This document shows, piece after piece, positions 36,019 through 46,155 of a DNA stretch of 64,000 bases; the first letter of the stretch is position 1, and every line of letters begins with the position of its first letter. The stretch covers positions 7,868 through 71,867 of the forward strand of contig JAZDFF010000024.1 of the NCBI GenBank assembly GCA_043808095.1. Direction: 5' to 3'. This DNA comes from Candidatus Omnitrophota bacterium. Its GTDB lineage: Bacteria > Omnitrophota > Gorgyraeia > JAZDFF01. Below the pieces are notes generated by a model. That model saw only the letters and a program-made list of their open reading frames with translations. It did not search any database and was not told where the DNA came from. The position numbers were made by a program, and so were the translations under genes.

Positions 36019-36260
36019 ATACGCTCCTTTTAATGACCCCTGCCGTTTTGCTTCGCTTTTGCTCAGCAAAACGAAGCAGCAGGGAGAATTAATCCCGAAG
36101 CTTAATCCTAAAGGATAGACCTTACCCATTCATATTAGGGAAGGGTCTAAGCGAGGGATCTGTAATAATCTATCCTGTCTGTAATGTATCGATTGAAAAA
36201 TAGAAATAAGGCCAGGAGTAAGAATTATGATAAATAACCTAGCCTTATTTCTCTAACCGG

Positions 36261-37592
36261 TTAGCCGCGTCTGAATATCTTCACAATCGCATATTTTACC
36301 AGAAGAATCACTCCTAAAGCAAGGAGAAACCAAAATCCTACTACGATTAATGCCGGTATGGCCTTAATCAGACTAGCGACAAATTTTACCGCGTTAATCT
36401 TGGCGGTAATTAAGCTTTCACGAATGGATTGTCCGCTCTCCTGTAGAACCTTGGCAGAGACCCTGGGCTCATGGAAATTAAGGGTAATCGTGGTAAAGGA
36501 AACAGCATTATTCAGGGCTTCGATCTTGTTCTTTAAATTCTCAATACGTTGTCGAACCGGGGTCAGTTCTGATTCCAGGCGCATTGCCTCGGAGATAGTC
36601 ACCTGCCTTCTCTGCAGCGCCTCCAACATCTTGTTATAGACAATCATGGCTGTATCTAACTGGCTCTTGAGATGGCCATATTCCTGGCTGACATCCTGGC
36701 TGTTACTATTGATATTCTCAATCTTTCCCAGGGTAGACAACCTATCTAAGGCAGTCAGGAATTTGTCCTTGGGGATGCGCATGGTGATGGAGCCGGCCTC
36801 TCTTCCCTCGGCATCTTTATAGAAATTAGAGGAAGATAAATATCCGCCTAATTCCTGGCAAAGACTGGAGGCCTTTTTATACGCCTCTTTTCCGTCTTCT
36901 ACCTCAAGCATCACATTGGCAGTGCGGATAATCATCTCGCCTTGGCCTGTAGCAGGTAGAACCGGCTGAATCACAATTACTGAACCTCCCGTAGGAGGCG
37001 GTTCGATCTCTCCATTGTATTCTGCCCCTGATCTAACTGCTGAATCCGGCGCTGATTTTGCTATCTTTCGATACGGCTCGCCTTTCTGGCTGAAGATTTC
37101 AGTTATTTTGAGGCCTTCTTTTTCTTCGTTATATCGCGTGTTGTCAATATCACCATAATGATCTTTCCCGGTATATCCTCTTGTTGATGCAAGCTTAGAG
37201 CCGCCTAATCCGGAAATATCATCGCCTGTACCGCTCAATCTACCCTGTACAGCACGACGGACATAGGTCTGTGTAAATAAAAATGCGATAATTAAAATCC
37301 CGGCTAACACCCCTGACGGGATTAAAACGGCTAAAGTCTTCTTTTTCATTTTAACCTCACTCCTCTCGAGTTCCCCTAACACAATCTTATTCCTTACGCT
37401 GTTGTCAAAGTCAGGACCAAGAGTAGGAGCCTGCCATGCCTTAAGTTTCTGGGTGAGCGCCTTTAACTTGAGCAATTCTTCACTGCAAAGCGGACAGTCT
37501 TTAAGGTGATTTTCTATTTCAAGCCTGCGCTTATCCGAAACCTGATTATCAAGGTAACTGCTCAGGTCTTTTTGGACATGGTTTATATTCAT
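36261..37592 (-). CDS. anti-sigma factor (zf-HC2 N-terminal domain, TM helix, C-terminal DUF4349-like domain)
   Basis: N-terminal HLKDCPLCSEE (HxxxCxxC zinc-finger anti-sigma motif). Internal TM segment, coiled-coil, C-terminal TM. Immediately downstream of an ECF sigma gene. Confidence 0.65.
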   Translation of the reverse strand: MNINHVQKDLSSYLDNQVSDKRRLEIENHLKDCPLCSEELLKLKALTQKLKAWQAPTLGPDFDNSVRNKIVLGELERSEVKMKKKTLAVLIPSGVLAGILIIAFLFTQTYVRRAVQGRLSGTGDDISGLGGSKLASTRGYTGKDHYGDIDNTRYNEEKEGLKITEIFSQKGEPYRKIAKSAPDSAVRSGAEYNGEIEPPPTGGSVIVIQPVLPATGQGEMIIRTANVMLEVEDGKEAYKKASSLCQELGGYLSSSNFYKDAEGREAGSITMRIPKDKFLTALDRLSTLGKIENINSNSQDVSQEYGHLKSQLDTAMIVYNKMLEALQRRQVTISEAMRLESELTPVRQRIENLKNKIEALNNAVSFTTITLNFHEPRVSAKVLQESGQSIRESLITAKINAVKFVASLIKAIPALIVVGFWFLLALGVILLVKYAIVKIFRRG

Positions 37593-37593
37593 T

Positions 37594-38196
37594 TTAAGTG
37601 CTCCTGGCTTCCTCCAAATAAGGAGAAAGCTTAACTTTTAGGTTCATCCTGGCCCTGTGAATTAAGGTCTTGACTGTGCCCAGGGATTTTTTTAAAATTT
37701 TGGCTATCTCCTGATAGTCTAAATTTTGATACTCCCTTAAAATCAAGGCTTCTTTCTGGAGAAAAGGAAGGCCTTGGATACTCTCTTTAACTAATTTTGA
37801 AAGCTCATTATCTGAAACTGCTTCTTGCACAGATGGGTCGGAACTGGCAAACTCGACTAATTCGTTACTTTCATCGTCTCTTCTTGGCCAAATACAAAAG
37901 CGCTTTTTGCTGCGCAGATTACTGATGCAGAGGTTGTGAGCGATGCTGAATATCCAGGTAGAGAATTTACCAGAAGGCCGATAGTCCTCCTTGTGCTGAT
38001 GCAGCCTTAAAAATACCTCCTGGGTAATATCCTGGGCTTCGCTAGCGTCCTGAATCAGACGACATGAGAATTGATAAATCGGATTTTTGTACCGCCTTAA
38101 GATCTCGTCCATCGCGGATACTTCCCCTTTTTGGTAATTCAGCATTAACTGCTCATCAGCCAAATCATGCATTTTTATATCCTTCCCTCTCTCCAC
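37594..38196 (-). CDS. RNA polymerase sigma-70 factor, ECF subfamily
   Basis: Region 2 (ILRRYKNPIYQFSCRLI...DITQEVFLRL) and region 4 (QEIAKILKKSLGTVKTLIHRAR) hallmarks. Confidence 0.85.
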   Translation of the reverse strand: MERGKDIKMHDLADEQLMLNYQKGEVSAMDEILRRYKNPIYQFSCRLIQDASEAQDITQEVFLRLHQHKEDYRPSGKFSTWIFSIAHNLCISNLRSKKRFCIWPRRDDESNELVEFASSDPSVQEAVSDNELSKLVKESIQGLPFLQKEALILREYQNLDYQEIAKILKKSLGTVKTLIHRARMNLKVKLSPYLEEARST

Positions 38197-38264
38197 TATA
38201 TTAAACGCGGGAAACAGGAAAAAGTTTCAAATATTTTTGTACTTAAGCCGTATCTCTGTATTAT

Positions 38265-38933
38265 CTAAAATTTACAGGTCTTCTCGATTAGGCCGGTAAT
38301 CTCTTCTAGATTATCAACAATCATATCTGCCCTTTTTAGATATTCCTTAGGCAGACTCGTGGTAAGGGCAATACAAAACATCCCCGCCCTTTTAACCGAC
38401 TCAATACCTAAAGGCGCATTCTCAACTGCTACGGCTTCTTTGGACTCAAGGCCTAAGAGTTTTAAGGCTAAAAGATAAGGCTCAGGATGGGGCTTACCTC
38501 TCTTTACCATATCGCCGCTGACAATCTGATCAAAGAGCTTTCGGATATTCGGCGTAAGGATATGGTTTACTTCCCGCCTTGGGGTTCCCGTTACCAGGCC
38601 CAGGAGGTAACCTTTATTTTTAAGGCACGCCAAAAACTCTCTGGCCCCGGGAAAGATAAACTGCTTGAAATATTTACGGAATATTGATTTGCGGGCAAGA
38701 AAAATCCTGTGAAACACTTTTTTGGTGGGTTTAGTTTTACAGCGGCTTAAAAAATCCTTCAGGCTATGCTCCCAAAGCTCACCTTCTCTTTGATAGATCT
38801 CAAAACAGCTTGCCCTGACGCCGTATGGCCTTAAGGCCTCGTACCAGGAGATAAAATGATACGGCATAGAATCAACAACCACGCCGTCCATATCAAAGAG
38901 GATCGCCTTGGGTCTATTTTTTAGACTTCTCAT
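38265..38933 (-). CDS. HAD-IA family hydrolase (beta-phosphoglucomutase-like)
   Basis: AILFDMDGVVVDS motif I. Adjacent to 4-alpha-glucanotransferase. Confidence 0.8.
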   Translation of the reverse strand: MRSLKNRPKAILFDMDGVVVDSMPYHFISWYEALRPYGVRASCFEIYQREGELWEHSLKDFLSRCKTKPTKKVFHRIFLARKSIFRKYFKQFIFPGAREFLACLKNKGYLLGLVTGTPRREVNHILTPNIRKLFDQIVSGDMVKRGKPHPEPYLLALKLLGLESKEAVAVENAPLGIESVKRAGMFCIALTTSLPKEYLKRADMIVDNLEEITGLIEKTCKF

Positions 38934-40791
38934 TAATATCTAATCTTGCCGTTAGTGCGATTATCTCTCTTATCCTGGGTGTCAGCTCATGCCTTGATAA
39001 ATCATCAAGGCTAATCGGCATAAGTAAAGACCAATTCTTATCGCTCACTGTTGCCGGGGTATTTATTCTAAAATTGTAAGGATCGCCTTTCAAGACGTCG
39101 GTTAAATAAAGCCAGTCTATTATAAGCTGGACAGAAAATATTGAACGGGACAAAAGGCAAAATTTTAAGATTGCCTCCACAATCTGCGAGTCGCATTTCT
39201 CACACATCGGGCCTTTAAACCTTAAATGCCGCCAGAGCTTCTCCTTTTCTTTATAAGAATTCTCGTATAGTTCGATAAAATCTTTTAATTCTTCTCTTTT
39301 TTTGCCTAAAATACTAACCACGAGGTCAACCGAATCAATGCTGCCTTTCCAGCGCAACCTCCCGTGGCGCGACATTGAAGAATCGAATAATCTCTCTTTG
39401 ACCTGATTATAGTCAATGCTCCGATCATTGCATTTTCTGATAAATAAACCTTCATCAACCGTACCGGCCTCATTTTCCCACCAGGCAGCGGCATTGGTAG
39501 TATCGTGGGTAGAAAGCATTGCTACCGAAAGAAATCTGAATTCCTCGGGGTTTAGAAAGTCGTGCCTGTTCGACCAGTCTTTAGTCCAGCGCTGGACGTC
39601 ATTTCCCGGGATACCGAATTCCGCTAAGGCCTTAGGGCAAGAAGCAGGAATTATCCCCAGGTCCTCAGCGCAAACAAGCATGTCCGTATTGTTGACAATA
39701 ATGGATAATAATTTTCTGCCATGAGCCTCCCATAAATTTTCGTCTTTCGGGTCAAAGAAACCATTCAGGCCCCGATTTTCCTGCGGCTCATCATAAGGGA
39801 TACTCCAGATACGGAACAATCCTACCACATGATCAATCCTTAAGATATCGTAAAAATTCTGGGCGTATTTTAGTTTCTCTTTCAGATATTGGTAATCATC
39901 GGTTTCGATACCATCCCAATTATATGTAGGCATGCCCCAGCGCTGGCCCTTGGCACAATACATATCAGGCGGCGCCCCCGAGGCATACTCCAGCTTAAAA
40001 TATTCGGGATGCACCCAGACATCAGAACTGTCCCGGGAAACCAATATAGGTAAATCGCCTTTTAATAAAACTCCCCTTTTATTGGCGTATCCTCTCACCT
40101 CTTTAAACTGCTCATAAAGCTGCCACTGCAGCCAGGCATGAAATCCAATCTCTTTTTCATATTTCTTAGCAATATCTTTTAAGGCCGGTTCGTCTCGATG
40201 CCTGTAATCTTCCTGCCATTCATACCAGGGGAGGCCTTCATGGCCGTCTCTAAGTATCTTAAAAAGCACAAAATCATCCAACCAATAGGCATTCTCTTGT
40301 CTGTATTTCTTAAATTCTTTTGATTTTGAATTTCTCTCTGAAAGATAAATCTCCCAGAGCACTTTTAACTTCTCTTGTTTTATGCGGTAATCTACGTAGG
40401 TTTTCCCCGAGAGGGTAAATGTGTTTTTAAGTTTTTCAACCTCTGCCTGGATATTTTTTTTCTTTGAAGAGGCTAAATCCGATAAAGACAAATACATCGG
40501 CTCAAGGGCAAAAGAACTCAGGGCATCATAAGGGCAAAATAGCGGCCCTACCTCGTTCATCGGAAGGAGCTGTATGATGGTATTTCCCGTCTGGCTTGCC
40601 CAGTCGACGAGGAGTTTTAGATCCCCAAAATCACCTATCCCTACGCTGTTTTCGGAGTAAATAGAAAAAAGAGGCGCAAGTATCCCTGCCCTCTTATTTG
40701 TCCCAATCTTCCGCCATCTATCTTTTGAAATACTATTAAGCAGTGGAACCCTCCTTGTTTCTAACAATATCCCGCGCCATACCGTTTCCAA
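38914..40791 (-). CDS. malQ: 4-alpha-glucanotransferase (amylomaltase, GH77)
   Basis: GILAPLFSIYSENSVGIGDFGDL N-terminal block. YDILRIDHVVGLFRIW catalytic block. Confidence 0.85.
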   Translation of the reverse strand: METVWRGILLETRRVPLLNSISKDRWRKIGTNKRAGILAPLFSIYSENSVGIGDFGDLKLLVDWASQTGNTIIQLLPMNEVGPLFCPYDALSSFALEPMYLSLSDLASSKKKNIQAEVEKLKNTFTLSGKTYVDYRIKQEKLKVLWEIYLSERNSKSKEFKKYRQENAYWLDDFVLFKILRDGHEGLPWYEWQEDYRHRDEPALKDIAKKYEKEIGFHAWLQWQLYEQFKEVRGYANKRGVLLKGDLPILVSRDSSDVWVHPEYFKLEYASGAPPDMYCAKGQRWGMPTYNWDGIETDDYQYLKEKLKYAQNFYDILRIDHVVGLFRIWSIPYDEPQENRGLNGFFDPKDENLWEAHGRKLLSIIVNNTDMLVCAEDLGIIPASCPKALAEFGIPGNDVQRWTKDWSNRHDFLNPEEFRFLSVAMLSTHDTTNAAAWWENEAGTVDEGLFIRKCNDRSIDYNQVKERLFDSSMSRHGRLRWKGSIDSVDLVVSILGKKREELKDFIELYENSYKEKEKLWRHLRFKGPMCEKCDSQIVEAILKFCLLSRSIFSVQLIIDWLYLTDVLKGDPYNFRINTPATVSDKNWSLLMPISLDDLSRHELTPRIREIIALTARLDINEKSKK

Positions 40792-40831
40792 TTCCAGGTT
40801 CCCTCCCGAGGAAATTTGACGAGGGATTAAA

Positions 40832-41326
40832 TTATCGGTAATTTATGAAATTAAGCGGTAAAGGAAAATCGATATTTCTTAAATGGTTAATTACCGCCTG
40901 GAGCTCATCTTTTTTGGGCGAAAACACCCTTACCTTATCCCCCTCAATCTGGGTCTGGGCTTTCAACTTTAAATCCTTAATAATCCTGGTTAAATCTTTG
41001 GCCTTTTCCTTGGGTATGCCCATTGAGATCTCGGCAATCTGCCGTAGCGTCCCCTCGAAGGCCTTTTGCGGCTCTTTAAAGGTAAGTGACTTAACCGATA
41101 CGCCCCTTTTGATTAAGCGCTGTGCCAGGATGTCTCTTAAGGCGCGCAATTTAAAATCATCATCACCTACCAAAGTAATATTCTTCTCTTCGCGGCTAAA
41201 ATCAATTGAAGATTTGCTATCCTTAAAATCATAGCGCTGGGATAATTCCTTCTTGGCCTGGTTTACGGCATTGTCCACTTCCTGAAGACTTACCTCAGAA
41301 ACAATATCAAAGGAAAAATTCGGCAT
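40832..41326 (-). CDS. yajQ: YajQ-family (UPF0234) nucleotide-binding protein
   Basis: MPNFSFDIVSEVSLQEVDNAVNQAKKELSQRYDFK is the canonical YajQ N-terminus. 164 aa. Confidence 0.85.
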   Translation of the reverse strand: MPNFSFDIVSEVSLQEVDNAVNQAKKELSQRYDFKDSKSSIDFSREEKNITLVGDDDFKLRALRDILAQRLIKRGVSVKSLTFKEPQKAFEGTLRQIAEISMGIPKEKAKDLTRIIKDLKLKAQTQIEGDKVRVFSPKKDELQAVINHLRNIDFPLPLNFINYR

Positions 41327-41336
41327 CTATTAAGTC

Positions 41337-42098
41337 CTAAAATCTTAAGGTTGCCCTGGCAAAAGGCCCGGTGAGCCTTGCCTTTAAAAAATCCGGGCTG
41401 CTTTCTATCTTTACATCAATAATCCGATACCCTGCTGCGACGCTGAAATTTTTAAAAAGGATAATCTTCGCTCCGGCCTCGGCATCAAAAAAATATCCCA
41501 GATTACCTGCGCCGATTCCGGAAATCTCGGCAAACAAATTCAGTTTTTTCATGGGGTTGATGTCTAAGACCGCACCTATAGTAGGCAGGCCGCCTAAAAC
41601 CTGCTCTGATTCGCTGATAGAAAGGACCGGCGCCTTAAGTGAAATATCCGCTAACAGGCCTTTTGCCTCTACTAAAAGGCCTAATCTTATTTTATCATCG
41701 GCCATATTCATAAATTTCCATATCCAGCCGAGCCTTAAATATTGTAAATCAAAATCTGAATCTACGCGCGTGCCCAGGGTATAACTCTGTCCGGCAAATT
41801 GAATCGTAGTCTCGATATCTTTATGGCCGCTATATGCCACCTGGGTATAGGCAAGCCTTATCTGGCTGTTTTTGGTGGTATTCCAGATGACCCTTGCCTC
41901 GGGAAAATCCTCATCAGCAACTCCCAGGTCGGATTTAAAATCAAAATCCGAGCCTATTTCGGACTTAACCACCTTGGCCTTGGCATTGAGGTCAGTTACC
42001 CAATAACGTCCTTCAAACTCCAACTTTGTATCTTCGGCAAAACATAAACCCACAGCCATTACTACGATACCAAAGCTCAGCAAAATTTTTCTGCTCAC
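41337..42098 (-). CDS. putative outer-membrane beta-barrel protein
   Basis: Signal peptide (MSRKILLSFGIVVMAVGLCFA), alternating hydrophobic beta-strand pattern, C-terminal ...ATLRF (terminal Phe). Confidence 0.45.
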   Translation of the reverse strand: MSRKILLSFGIVVMAVGLCFAEDTKLEFEGRYWVTDLNAKAKVVKSEIGSDFDFKSDLGVADEDFPEARVIWNTTKNSQIRLAYTQVAYSGHKDIETTIQFAGQSYTLGTRVDSDFDLQYLRLGWIWKFMNMADDKIRLGLLVEAKGLLADISLKAPVLSISESEQVLGGLPTIGAVLDINPMKKLNLFAEISGIGAGNLGYFFDAEAGAKIILFKNFSVAAGYRIIDVKIESSPDFLKARLTGPFARATLRF

Positions 42099-42181
42099 TT
42101 TGCCCCTCCTTTCTGGAATTTATAAATAACAATAATAAAGACCATTATAGCAATAATGCCGCTATCTTCAAGTAATTAACC

Positions 42182-43252
42182 TCAAACCTCGACTAATTCA
42201 TATTCGAGATTCCCCAGTCCTAAATTCTCGGCATATTCAAGTTGTATAAACCCGTTTCTTTCAGGATGGGCCTCTTTAAATATGTCTTTTCCCGCTTTCT
42301 TATTAACCAAATCCCTGCTCGCTTTATCAATGCTTACAGGATCACCTGAGGCAAAAATACCTACATCGTCTACAATGCGCGGGTCATCCTTGGCCAGACA
42401 ATCGCATTCCTTGGTAATCTTTATGGCAAAATTAATGAAAGCAGATTGAGCCTTTTTATCTTTTAATACTGCATAAGCGTATTCGACCATCTTCTGCTGC
42501 ATATTGCTCCCTCCCGCCTCCCAGTTAACATCAATGGCGCTCTGAGGGCAGACTGCAATACAGGTTGCGCAGCCGATACATTTTGCGGGGTCAATATAGG
42601 CCAGATTATCTTTCATAAAGATAGCCCCTGCAGGACAGGCCTTAATGCATTCACCGCAGCCAATACATTTTTTTACGTAAACAAGCGGTGAGATACCTGA
42701 GTGCTGCTTGAGTTTTCCTTCCCGGCTGGCACAGCCCATGCCGATATTCTTTAAGGCCCCGCCGAATCCGGTCATAATGTGGCCTTTAAAATGAGCAATG
42801 CCTACGAGCACCTCTGCTTCTTTGAAAAGCCTGGCGACCTTTGCTGTCTTTATAAACCTCTGGTTGATGATTTTCCCAGCGACATTTTCTTTTTTGGTAT
42901 CATCGGGGATAATGACATTCGCCCCACAGATTTTCTTGGTAAACCCATGCAAAAAGGCAAGCTTCAGATGGTCAGAGGAATTTGTGCGTTTGCCGCGATA
43001 AAGGGTATTAGTATCAGCTAAAAAACACCTGGCCTTTCTTTTTATAACTTCATCGACAACCACGTGCGCATAAAAAGGCTTTACATAGCCGGTATTCTCT
43101 TCTTCTCCAAAGTGGATCTTTATGGCAACCTCTTGGCCTTTTCCAATAAAATCCAAGAGCCGGCTCCTTGAAAGAAGCAGTTTTAATTTTTCCTGGATAG
43201 TTTGGGGGCTATCCGAATTACGGACGCCGACAAAATATACCTTACTTTTCAT
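42182..43252 (-). CDS. DUF362-domain protein with two 4Fe-4S ferredoxin motifs
   Basis: MKSKVYFVGVRNSD DUF362-type N-terminus. CIGCGECIKACPAGAI and CIGCATCIAVCPQSAI. Confidence 0.7.
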   Translation of the reverse strand: MKSKVYFVGVRNSDSPQTIQEKLKLLLSRSRLLDFIGKGQEVAIKIHFGEEENTGYVKPFYAHVVVDEVIKRKARCFLADTNTLYRGKRTNSSDHLKLAFLHGFTKKICGANVIIPDDTKKENVAGKIINQRFIKTAKVARLFKEAEVLVGIAHFKGHIMTGFGGALKNIGMGCASREGKLKQHSGISPLVYVKKCIGCGECIKACPAGAIFMKDNLAYIDPAKCIGCATCIAVCPQSAIDVNWEAGGSNMQQKMVEYAYAVLKDKKAQSAFINFAIKITKECDCLAKDDPRIVDDVGIFASGDPVSIDKASRDLVNKKAGKDIFKEAHPERNGFIQLEYAENLGLGNLEYELVEV

Positions 43253-43772
43253 CTGGAAGTATTGCTGTAGAAAGCACCAGCCCAAAGATACCGCTAATCA
43301 CATTTGTGAAAACATCCCTTATATCGCCAACGCGATAAGGCAGGAAATACTGAAAACCTTCATCCGAGACACTAATCAGGACAATAAACAATAGCGCCAT
43401 GAAGAAATTAAGGAACTTGAATCTTTTTCCTTTAGCAACCAGGTCTCTCATCGCCAAATATCCCAGGAAACCATAGGTAAGGACATGGCTTCTTTCAGAA
43501 AAATACGGCTGCCAGGTGCTAAACAGATATGCCAGGCCAAATATGGATAATATCAAACCGGCCCTCAATAGGCCCAATCGTCTTTTAAGGGCAAATATCA
43601 GGGCAGATATTGCCAATAGAACAAAGCACAATTTCACAGAGCCTGTCATAAAGAAATCGCCGAGTTTATCAAACAGCCAATTTCTCAGCTGCTGCATAAA
43701 AGAAGCAGAGATAACAATAAAGATCCCCCACCCTATAGTTCCTTTAGACAATCTCATTTTTCTTTTTGGCAT
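43242..43772 (-). CDS. VanZ-family membrane protein
   Basis: DEGFQYFLPYRVGDIRDVFTNVISG matches the VanZ-like conserved block. 4 TM helices. Confidence 0.6.
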   Translation of the reverse strand: MPKRKMRLSKGTIGWGIFIVISASFMQQLRNWLFDKLGDFFMTGSVKLCFVLLAISALIFALKRRLGLLRAGLILSIFGLAYLFSTWQPYFSERSHVLTYGFLGYLAMRDLVAKGKRFKFLNFFMALLFIVLISVSDEGFQYFLPYRVGDIRDVFTNVISGIFGLVLSTAILPDEK

Positions 43773-43873
43773 CCGTAATTCTATTCAAAAGGGGTAAATC
43801 GGCGGGACAGTGCGTTTCAGGCGATTATCTTGTTTTGAACCTGCGAATGGATATTTAATCTACAAATTGAAAA

Positions 43874-45190
43874 TTACTGCCTAAATTGGCCCGGGCCTCT
43901 TAACCATCTATTTACGGCAGCAATCGCCCGGCCTATTTTTTCCGGGATAATTATGGCGCCTTTTGCCTTTACATGTTCTCCGGTAATTTTCTCTACGTAT
44001 AGGCTGACCGAGCGGACATTATTATCTTCATTAAGTTCTTTGACGATATTCTTTCCATCCACGCGGGCTTCAATTATATGTTCTCCGGCGGCTAATGCCG
44101 GAATCATAACCTCTAATTTAACCTCCTGACCCGGGTCAAGAATGGGTAATATCTTAATATAAAAGGGCTTTTGGTCTTTTAAGCCGATAGCGCAGAGAAC
44201 GTTATTGAGCGTATCTTTTCCGGAATTTTTTACAAGGACCTCGGCCTTTACGGACTGGCCTTCTAAAGTGATTTCTTTATCTAAAACGAAACTCGTCACT
44301 GCCACATCCTTGACACCTGTGCCATATGCACCCGGCTTTACCGTAATCCAAATGGAGGCACTGTTATTTGCCCTTTTTCTTTCCGGAATGATGCCCTTAC
44401 TGTTTACCACAAACTCAACCTTACGCCCGCCGCCCGCGGAAAAGGCATAATAAAGACTGGTTTCCTTATTTCCATATGCCGGCAAATTCTCAAGTGGCTG
44501 GTTTGCTACAAGCTTGCCATCGGCATACATATCTAAATCTGCCCCCCATATTTCAAGGTCAGAGTTATTATTAACTGTCACCAGGAAATTTACGCTAATT
44601 CCGGCAGGAGGCTCAAGCGTACTGACGCCTATCTTCTTATCCAATGCCAGGTCAATGCGTTTGCCTTTTCCGGCAAAGAATATCCCGGGCGTCAGATCGC
44701 CTTCGACCCTAAATTGTTTTGCTGATAAGTTATTGCCTTTATCTGTCTCGCTGACCCGGCCTCCCGGGTCAACGGTTACGCCAAGTTCATAGTGCGCCGG
44801 ATAAACTCCTTTATAATTCAAAACAAAATCCCTGGTTTTTCCTGCCTCGACCCTTCCTAATACTTTTTTGCCTTTTAGATAGCCGTGAAAACGATCTTTC
44901 TCAAAAACATTCAAATTCCTAATCTCATATTTAACTTTCACATTCCTGGCATCTACCCTATTTAGATTTCCAATAATAATTTTAATCTTTCTATTTTCAT
45001 TAATGTATAACGGACTGTCCAGATTAACTATTCCAGAGACGATTAAATCCGGGCAAGATTCTCCTTCCTGTTGGGCGAGAACTAAAAATTTTGTACTGTT
45101 AAGAAAGAAAATAAAAAAGGACGTCAAAGAAAAAATGAATAAAACCCTGTACATTTTTCTTTTAACGCCCATGGAAGAAATATTATACAA
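43874..45190 (-). CDS. secreted CARDB-repeat protein (paralog of the C-terminal part of the 1190-aa protein at 53920-57492)
   Basis: Signal peptide. Blocks ending in E.D.GNN / ELNEDNN typical of CARDB domains. GVYPAHYELGVTVDPGGRVSETDKGNN parallels GVYPADYKLTVLVDPQGAIAETDEYNN. C-termini ...RWLRGPGQFRQ and ...SWLRGLGKPK are similar. Confidence 0.6.
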   Translation of the reverse strand: MYNISSMGVKRKMYRVLFIFSLTSFFIFFLNSTKFLVLAQQEGESCPDLIVSGIVNLDSPLYINENRKIKIIIGNLNRVDARNVKVKYEIRNLNVFEKDRFHGYLKGKKVLGRVEAGKTRDFVLNYKGVYPAHYELGVTVDPGGRVSETDKGNNLSAKQFRVEGDLTPGIFFAGKGKRIDLALDKKIGVSTLEPPAGISVNFLVTVNNNSDLEIWGADLDMYADGKLVANQPLENLPAYGNKETSLYYAFSAGGGRKVEFVVNSKGIIPERKRANNSASIWITVKPGAYGTGVKDVAVTSFVLDKEITLEGQSVKAEVLVKNSGKDTLNNVLCAIGLKDQKPFYIKILPILDPGQEVKLEVMIPALAAGEHIIEARVDGKNIVKELNEDNNVRSVSLYVEKITGEHVKAKGAIIIPEKIGRAIAAVNRWLRGPGQFRQ

Positions 45191-45199
45191 TGCCTTTAA

Positions 45200-45480
45200 A
45201 TTTTAGGCAAGGATAATCATGCCCTTGGCTAACTAAGATTCGGCATTCCGACTCCCCTTTAGGGGATAGTCCTTTGAAACCTTGACGAAGCAGGACTTCC
45301 TTAGGCCTATCCCCCGACTCTGCTCGCGATGATTCGGGAGGGATGGTAAGCCCTTCGACGCGCTCGCCAAAGGCGAGCTTGCTCAGGGCAAATGGTGAGC
45401 AAAGTCGAACCAAAGCACAGCCGAATCAAAACAGGCGGAAATCTGGCGAGGGATTAAAATAAGCGGATCTGCGCTTATTT
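45200..45480. repeat. GC-rich hairpin-rich intergenic element (same family as 26480-26765)
   Basis: ggggatag...ctatcccc stem, ctcgccaaaggcgag palindrome, cctgagc...gtcgaa block, terminal aagcggatctgcgctt hairpin. The 76-aa ORF 45183-45413 inside it is probably spurious. Confidence 0.55.
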
Positions 45481-45702
45481 GTCTATCCCATTGCTCCTTA
45501 AACAATCTAAATATATTGCCCGATTAACCTCAAGCATACTGGACACATTGGTTTTAATCCCCGAAGATACCTGCTTTGCTTTTTCAGCGCACATCTTTCG
45601 GATTCTTGCGGGCCTGATAAAGACCCAATAGAAGGCGAATATTAAAAACAAAATAACTACCCACATTGCCACTATTAAAAACCATTTCTGCAGTCTGTTC
45701 AT
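45475..45702 (-). CDS. small single-TM hypothetical protein
   Basis: 75-aa ORF with one hydrophobic helix. No homology recognised. Confidence 0.3.
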   Translation of the reverse strand: MNRLQKWFLIVAMWVVILFLIFAFYWVFIRPARIRKMCAEKAKQVSSGIKTNVSSMLEVNRAIYLDCLRSNGIDK

Positions 45703-45777
45703 TGTATCTTTCCTCCGATGAAAAAAAGTGTCCGGGTGATTGAGTGTTTTAGATTAAAAAATAAATCTTAGGAATAA

Positions 45778-46155
45778 TCAACCGAGAATCTTTTTTATTT
45801 TCTCTAAAATATCTTCAAAACTGCAGGGTTTCATTATATAATCACTGACTCCGAGCTCAGAGATCCTCTTTTCGATGCCCTGCGGCAATAACTCCTTACC
45901 TGTAATAAAAATAATCGGGATGTCGGCTAGTGACCTGTCTTTTTTTAAAGCGGCAACCAGGGTATAACTATCCATATCCGGCATCACAATATCCAGTAAC
46001 ATCAAATCCGGTTTATCGGACTGAGCCAGCCGGAGTACTTCTTTTGCGCTTGTGACTGCAAGGACAGAATAATTATTTTGTTTTAATCTTTTTTCTAAAA
46101 TACCCAGCGCTTCTTTGTTATCGTCCGCAATCAGAATCTTCTGCATAATAATCAC
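45778..46155 (-). CDS. single-domain response regulator (CheY-like receiver)
   Basis: KILIADDNKEA...LLDIVMPDMDS...FITGK receiver motifs. Confidence 0.8.
   Translation of the reverse strand: MIIMQKILIADDNKEALGILEKRLKQNNYSVLAVTSAKEVLRLAQSDKPDLMLLDIVMPDMDSYTLVAALKKDRSLADIPIIFITGKELLPQGIEKRISELGVSDYIMKPCSFEDILEKIKKILG

Noticed and set aside
36019-36129. N-terminal 37-codon extensions of the TrpB2 ORF and of the 57720 gene (58314-58406) containing INSPCCFVLL
   Set aside because: Both extensions are translations of the same non-coding repeat element. Genuine family-typical starts (TrpB2 MVEKKI...WYN, and a signal peptide) lie just downstream.
45183-45413. 76-aa ORF between the CARDB gene and a small membrane-protein gene
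   Set aside because: It falls inside a GC-rich repeat element and looks like an artefactual frame, as with the other ORFs confined to these elements.
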